DNA of 64,000 nucleotides from an uncultured bacterium (GTDB lineage: Bacteria; Chloroflexota; UBA5177; JANWHV01): positions 832,001 through 896,000 of the forward strand of contig CAWHAE010000016.1 of the NCBI GenBank assembly GCA_963827235.1, written 5' to 3'. Of the stretch, positions 60,462-64,000 are shown piece by piece; position 1 is the stretch's first letter; the number at the start of each line of letters is the position of its first letter. The notes under the pieces are model-generated. The model was not told where the DNA came from. It did not search any database and worked only from the letters and a program-made list of their open reading frames with translations. The position numbers and the translations under genes were made by a program.

Positions 60462-61064
60462 ATGACACTCGAGCTGCATACCGAACGCCTGCGGCTGCGT
60501 CGCTTCACGCAAAGCGACGCCGAAAACCTCGTCATTCTGGACGCCGATCCCGAGGTGATGCGATTTCTGACAGGAGGCACGCCCACACCTCGTGCCGTTA
60601 TCGTCAACGAGATCCTGCCCAGGTTCCTGGACGCCTCCGCGTGCACGGCGGGATTTGGCTACTGGGCGGCAATCGAGCGGGCCACCAGCGCTTTCCTTGG
60701 TTGGTTCGCTCTGCGGCCGCGAGACGGTGATACTCCGGTCGAGGCACACCTTGGCTACCGGCTGCGCCGTGACGCGTGGGGCCAGGGCTACGCCACCGAA
60801 GGGACGAGGGCGCTGATCGCCAAGGGCTTCGACGAGCTTGGCGTGCACCGGGTGCTTGCCACGACCTACCAGGACAATCATGCCTCTCGCCGCGTGCTGG
60901 AGAAAGCCGGACTGACCCTGGTGCGGAGCTTTCGCTTCACCACTGCGGACCTCCTGGCCGCGGGCACCTTCCAGGTCGCGTCTGCCGAGATATGGGACGG
61001 GGAAGAGCTCGAGTATGCGCTGGAAAAGGCGGACTGGGGGAGGCAGCACCACGCGCCGCCGTAG
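60462..61064 (+). CDS. GNAT family N-acetyltransferase (RimJ/RimL-like)
   Basis: LHTERLRLRRF, LGYRLRRDAWGQGYATEG, NHASRRVLEKAG. Confidence 0.92.
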   Translation: MTLELHTERLRLRRFTQSDAENLVILDADPEVMRFLTGGTPTPRAVIVNEILPRFLDASACTAGFGYWAAIERATSAFLGWFALRPRDGDTPVEAHLGYRLRRDAWGQGYATEGTRALIAKGFDELGVHRVLATTYQDNHASRRVLEKAGLTLVRSFRFTTADLLAAGTFQVASAEIWDGEELEYALEKADWGRQHHAPP

Positions 61065-61529
61065 ATCCGTCGTCTGAACGCCCGGAGGATCTCCTGGACA
61101 TTCGCCCGATACCTGTGTGCGGTGAGCCGCTATCTTGACGCGGACCTCCCTGGTGCGACCGAACGATTCCCAGCTAAGCTGTTGAAGTGGCCGCGCCAGT
61201 GAGCAGAGCTCAAGCGACGAGTACGGAGGCGACGCCGGCCAGAGAACGTGCATGAGATTTCTGCCTGGGCCTGCCTTCGATGGAGATACTCGCCTGCGAG
61301 ACGTGGACCGCGCCGAGCGACGTCATAGTGGGGGCTTTCGCGCTCGTGCGCACCTGTTGACCACAACGGCCGGCCTGAAGACAGGTTAGCTGTCGTATAC
61401 TTCACCCGAGCCCGATCGAATTGCACAATGCGCTCATGGCGCGCTCCGAAAACTACAAGAGAGAAGGAGCGCGTCGCCGCACGCGATCTCGATTCAGGGC
61501 AGGCCCGTGGGCACCAAGGAGGTGTAGCG

Positions 61530-64000
61530 ATGCTCGATCTTTGTTGGCTCAATGTGCGCCGTGCCCGGTCGTGGCGGCTGGCTATTCTCACGGCCTGTGT
61601 GCTGTTCCTGGCAGCTCCGATGTCGCAGGCCAAGCCGGTACATGCATCGGGCTTGACACTGGCGCTGAGTCCGACCACGGGTGCCGTCGGGACCACGGTG
61701 ACGGCGAGCGGCTATGCCTCCACCACCGGGAGCTCGTTGCAGATCACGATCTACTTCGGTAGCTCGCTGATCGCGACCGCTTACACGAATGCCTCTAGCG
61801 GCTACTACAGCACGAGCTTTACGGTGCCAAGCACGGCAAGTGGCAATGTGACAGTGACTGCCAACTCGGCCACGTACGGCTACTACGCGAGCACTACCTT
61901 CTACGTGACCGGGTCGACAGCCGGCCTGACGCTGAGCCCGACAACCGGCGCCATTGGGTCGACCGTCACGGCCTATGGCTACGCCACCGTCGTGACCGGT
62001 GTCTCCCTGACCATCTCGATTGTGTTCGGCGGCACTCCGGTCGCTTATACCACGTCCAATGCCTCCACCGGCTACTATAGCGCGAGCTTCACGGTGCCGA
62101 GCACGGCAAGTGGCACGGCGACGGTGACGGCCAGCTCAGCCACGTACGGCTATCAGGCGAGTGCCACCTACTATGTGTCGGGATCGACGGGAGGTCTGAC
62201 GCTGAGCCCCACCACCGGTGCGATAGGCACGAGCGTCACAGCCTATGGCTATGCCACGATTGTGTCCGGAAGCTCCCTGCCGATCACGATCTACTTTGGC
62301 GTCACGTACGTTGCGACGGCCTATAGCAATGCCTCGAGCGGCTACTACAGCACGAGCTTCACGGTGCCGAGCACGGCAAGCGGCACGGTGACGGTAATCG
62401 CCAGCTCGACCACGTACGGCTACCAGGCGAGCGCCACCTATTACGTGACGGGTTCCACTGGAAGCCTGACGCTGAGCCCGACCACCGGCGCTATCGGGAC
62501 GACCATCACCGCGAGCGGCTATGCGACCACGGTCTATGGCACGTCGCTGCCGATTACGATCTTCTTCGGCGGCACACAGGTGACGACCGCCTACAGCAAC
62601 GCCTCGACCGGCTACTACAGCACGAGCTTCACGGTGCCGAGTACGGCAAGCGGTGCGGTGACGGTGATTGCCAGCTCGACCTCGTACGGCTACCAGGCGA
62701 GCGCCTCCTACTACGTGACGGGGTCGACGGCAAGTCTGACCCTGAGCCCGACCACCGGCCCGGTCGGGACGACCGTCACCGCGAGCGGCTACTCCACCAC
62801 GATATGGCACCGCCTGCCGATCGCGATCGTGTTCGGCAGCACGCAAGTGGCCACTGCCTACACGAATGCCAGCACCGGCTATTTCAGCACGACCTTACCG
62901 TGCCGAGCGCGGCAAGCGGCACGACGACGGTGACAGCGAGCTCGACCTCGTACGGCTACTCGGCGTCACAGACCTTCAGCGTGGTGGCGCCGCAGATCAC
63001 GCTCGGCAGCACCGCCGTGGTGCCGAGCACCTCGCTGACGATCAGCGGTTCCGGTTTCACGCCGAGCGAGACGGTGACCATTACCTTGCCGGGTGGCACG
63101 ACCACGACCGCGAGCCGCGGACTAGCAGCGGCAACCTGAGCACGACCGTCACTATTCCAGCCGGCGCGGCCGGCGGCGCAAACGCGATCTCGGCCATTGG
63201 CTCCTCGAGCCAGGTCAAGGTAACCGCGTCGCTGACTATCTCTAGCGCGTCGCTGACGGCAAGCGCCTCTCTGGTGAGTGCCGGCAGCAACGTTGGCCTC
63301 TCGGGCAGCGGCTTCGCGCCCGGCGAATCGGTGTCGATTGTGGACTCCGCGGGCGGGTCCCAGACGGTGACGGCGACGAGCCAAGGCAATCTCACGGCGA
63401 CCGCCACGATCGCCTCCACGCATGGCAGCGGCGCGGTCACCTACACGGCCACGGGAAGTGACGAGCAAGTTGGTAGCCACGACCAGCGTCACTGTCCTAG
63501 CCGTAGCACCAACCGCGACTGCGACTGCGGTAGCCATGGCGCAGACGATCGGCTTTGGCTCTCTGACTACCCACACCTTTGGTGACCCGCCATTCACGGT
63601 GAGCGCTACCGGCGGCGCCTCAGGCAATCCGGTGACATTCCAGGCGATCGGAAACTGCACCGCGAGCGGGTCAAACGGCAGCACGATCACGCTGACGGGC
63701 GCCGGGAGCTGCACGGTGACCGCCAACCAGGTCGGCAGTGGCCAGTACACCGGCGCCGCGCCCGTCGTGCAGTGGTTTGCCATCCTGCGCGGAGCGCCGG
63801 CCGTCACCTGGCCCAGGCCGGCGAACATAACCTACGGCACCGCCCTGAGCGCGCGCCAGCTGAATGCGACGAGCCGGCTGCCTGGCAAGCTCCGCTACGC
63901 GCCTGGCGCCGGCACGCTGCTGCCCGCCGGGGCCAATCAGGAAATAGATGTGCACTTCGCACCAGCGGATAGCACGAACTATGTTCCGGTGGTGGCCACG
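61530..64000 (+). CDS. Large secreted surface protein with tandem Ig-like repeats and MBG-like domains (frameshifted in this sequence; runs off the window)
   Basis: AAGGAGG RBS; signal peptide; five ~90-aa repeats; later QTIGF..TFGDPPFTVSAT and VTWPRPANITYGTALS motifs; indels at about 62805, 62897, 63115 and 63460. Confidence 0.8.
61659..62990 (+). repeat. Five tandem ~270-bp coding repeats
   Basis: L(T/A)LSPTTG...NAS(S/T)GYYSTSFTVPSTASG units starting near 61659, 61926, 62196, 62466 and 62736. Confidence 0.9.

Noticed and set aside
61659-62990. 270-bp repeats as a diversity-generating retroelement template/variable pair
   Set aside because: Differences are mostly synonymous and not adenine-specific, and no reverse transcriptase is present in the window.

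Overview
GC-rich bacterial chromosomal DNA, roughly 65-70% GC by eye. The gene content suggests a soil monoderm such as Chloroflexota or Actinomycetota, but taxonomy cannot be fixed from this window. There are three regulated carbohydrate uptake/catabolism clusters. (1) 1.5-12.3 kb: a ROK-regulated divergon with a sugar ABC transporter and an ArgE/DapE-like amidohydrolase on one arm, and two URO-D/MtaA-family proteins, a NagB-like protein and a broken PIG-L deacetylase on the other. This is the best candidate for an undescribed pathway. (2) 21.2-29.6 kb: LacI, ABC transporter, GH35/GH42-like glycosidase and a coupled unknown protein. (3) 48.9-58.5 kb: LacI, ABC transporter, GH93-like, GH2 and GH51, consistent with arabinan use. 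Promoters and operators for the TetR, ROK and both LacI regulators can be read directly from the sequence. Also present are a decayed SWIM / DUF5691 / MoxR-AAA / VWA (yeh-like) operon, a heme ABC transporter, a GT2 plus flippase pair, several unknown secreted proteins, and a large repetitive surface protein running off the right end. An intact ISKra4/ISLre2-type IS has 23-bp TIRs and a 10-bp target duplication, and sits 16 bp upstream of a putative sigma70 promoter. Many gene remnants and deletion junctions point to ongoing decay. No rRNA, tRNA or CRISPR array was seen. All family calls come from motif recognition by eye; no searches were run.
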